A stretch of 64,000 nucleotides of DNA, taken from assembly GCA_012520315.1 (NCBI GenBank), contig JAAYOM010000059.1, positions 25,316 through 89,315 of the forward strand, in the 5' to 3' direction. The position numbers and the translations under genes were made by a program. Origin of the DNA: Bacillota bacterium. GTDB lineage: Bacteria; Bacillota; Limnochordia; Darwinibacteriales; Darwinibacteriaceae. Positions 63,944 through 64,000 of the stretch are shown one piece after another (position 1 is the stretch's first letter; the number at the start of each line of letters is the position of its first letter). The notes beneath the pieces are model-generated. The model worked only from the letters and a program-made list of their open reading frames with translations. It was not told the origin of the DNA and searched no databases.

Positions 63944-64000
63944 CTACTTCGCATAGGCTGTAATCGCATCCCGCAAAAACTGTGCAGCGCCCTTTTTGTG
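63944..64000 (-). CDS. last 18 codons of an unidentified gene entering from the right edge
   Basis: Own translation of the minus strand gives ...HKKGAAQFLRDAITAYAK then TAG (63946-63944). It is too short to assign. Confidence 0.3.
   Translation of the reverse strand, partial: HKKGAAQFLRDAITAYAK

Noticed and set aside
1-64000. Search by eye for CRISPR arrays, tandem or dispersed repeats, tRNA/rRNA genes, integrases, transposases or reverse transcriptases
   Set aside because: I found none. All intergenic regions are shorter than about 310 nt and are accounted for by promoters and terminators. The paralog pairs (two FtsX permeases, two TolC-like genes, two M16 genes) are too diverged to register as DNA repeats. 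A computational repeat or covariance-model scan would be needed to be certain.

Overview
This is a dense 64-kb chromosomal segment, almost entirely protein-coding, that reads like an endospore-forming Firmicute (Clostridia-type). The evidence is a cwlD-like cortex amidase, cdaA-cdaR-glmM, addBA, glpK-glpP, nfnAB and GGAGG-type ribosome-binding sites. I found no rRNA, tRNA, CRISPR array, transposase or integrase, and every intergenic gap is under about 310 nt. Genes from about 5.7 to 32.6 kb form one unbroken minus-strand run, often with 1-, 4- or 8-nt start/stop overlaps. Most content is housekeeping:
- amino-sugar metabolism (yvcK-nagB-nagA, glmM) and c-di-AMP synthesis
- alr, nnr and acpS
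- glycerol and deoxyribose metabolism
- an M16 peptidase pair, AddAB and a Ski2/HelY-like helicase
- selO, queG, rnhA, tex, nfnAB and potABCD

The features that least fit described systems are:
1. A six-gene MacB/Lol-type ABC operon (51.1-58.1 kb) with a membrane-fusion adaptor, a stand-alone ATPase, two different FtsX-type permeases and two TolC-like genes. One TolC-like gene appears to lack the beta-barrel hairpins.
2. A membrane protein with an N-terminal prokaryotic RING-like zinc finger and a truncated solute-binding-like ectodomain (38.3-39.0 kb).
3. An rnhA gene tightly coupled to an uncharacterised 446-aa helical protein.
4. An intact MntA nucleotidyltransferase next to a decayed HepT (HEPN) toxin remnant.
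5. A 1411-aa fused double-activase/DUF2229 protein behind a roughly 300-nt leader.

All family calls rest on motif recognition by eye in the supplied translations and on my own translations. No database search was run. Several start codons were re-picked from RBS and overlap context, and these are flagged in the evidence fields.
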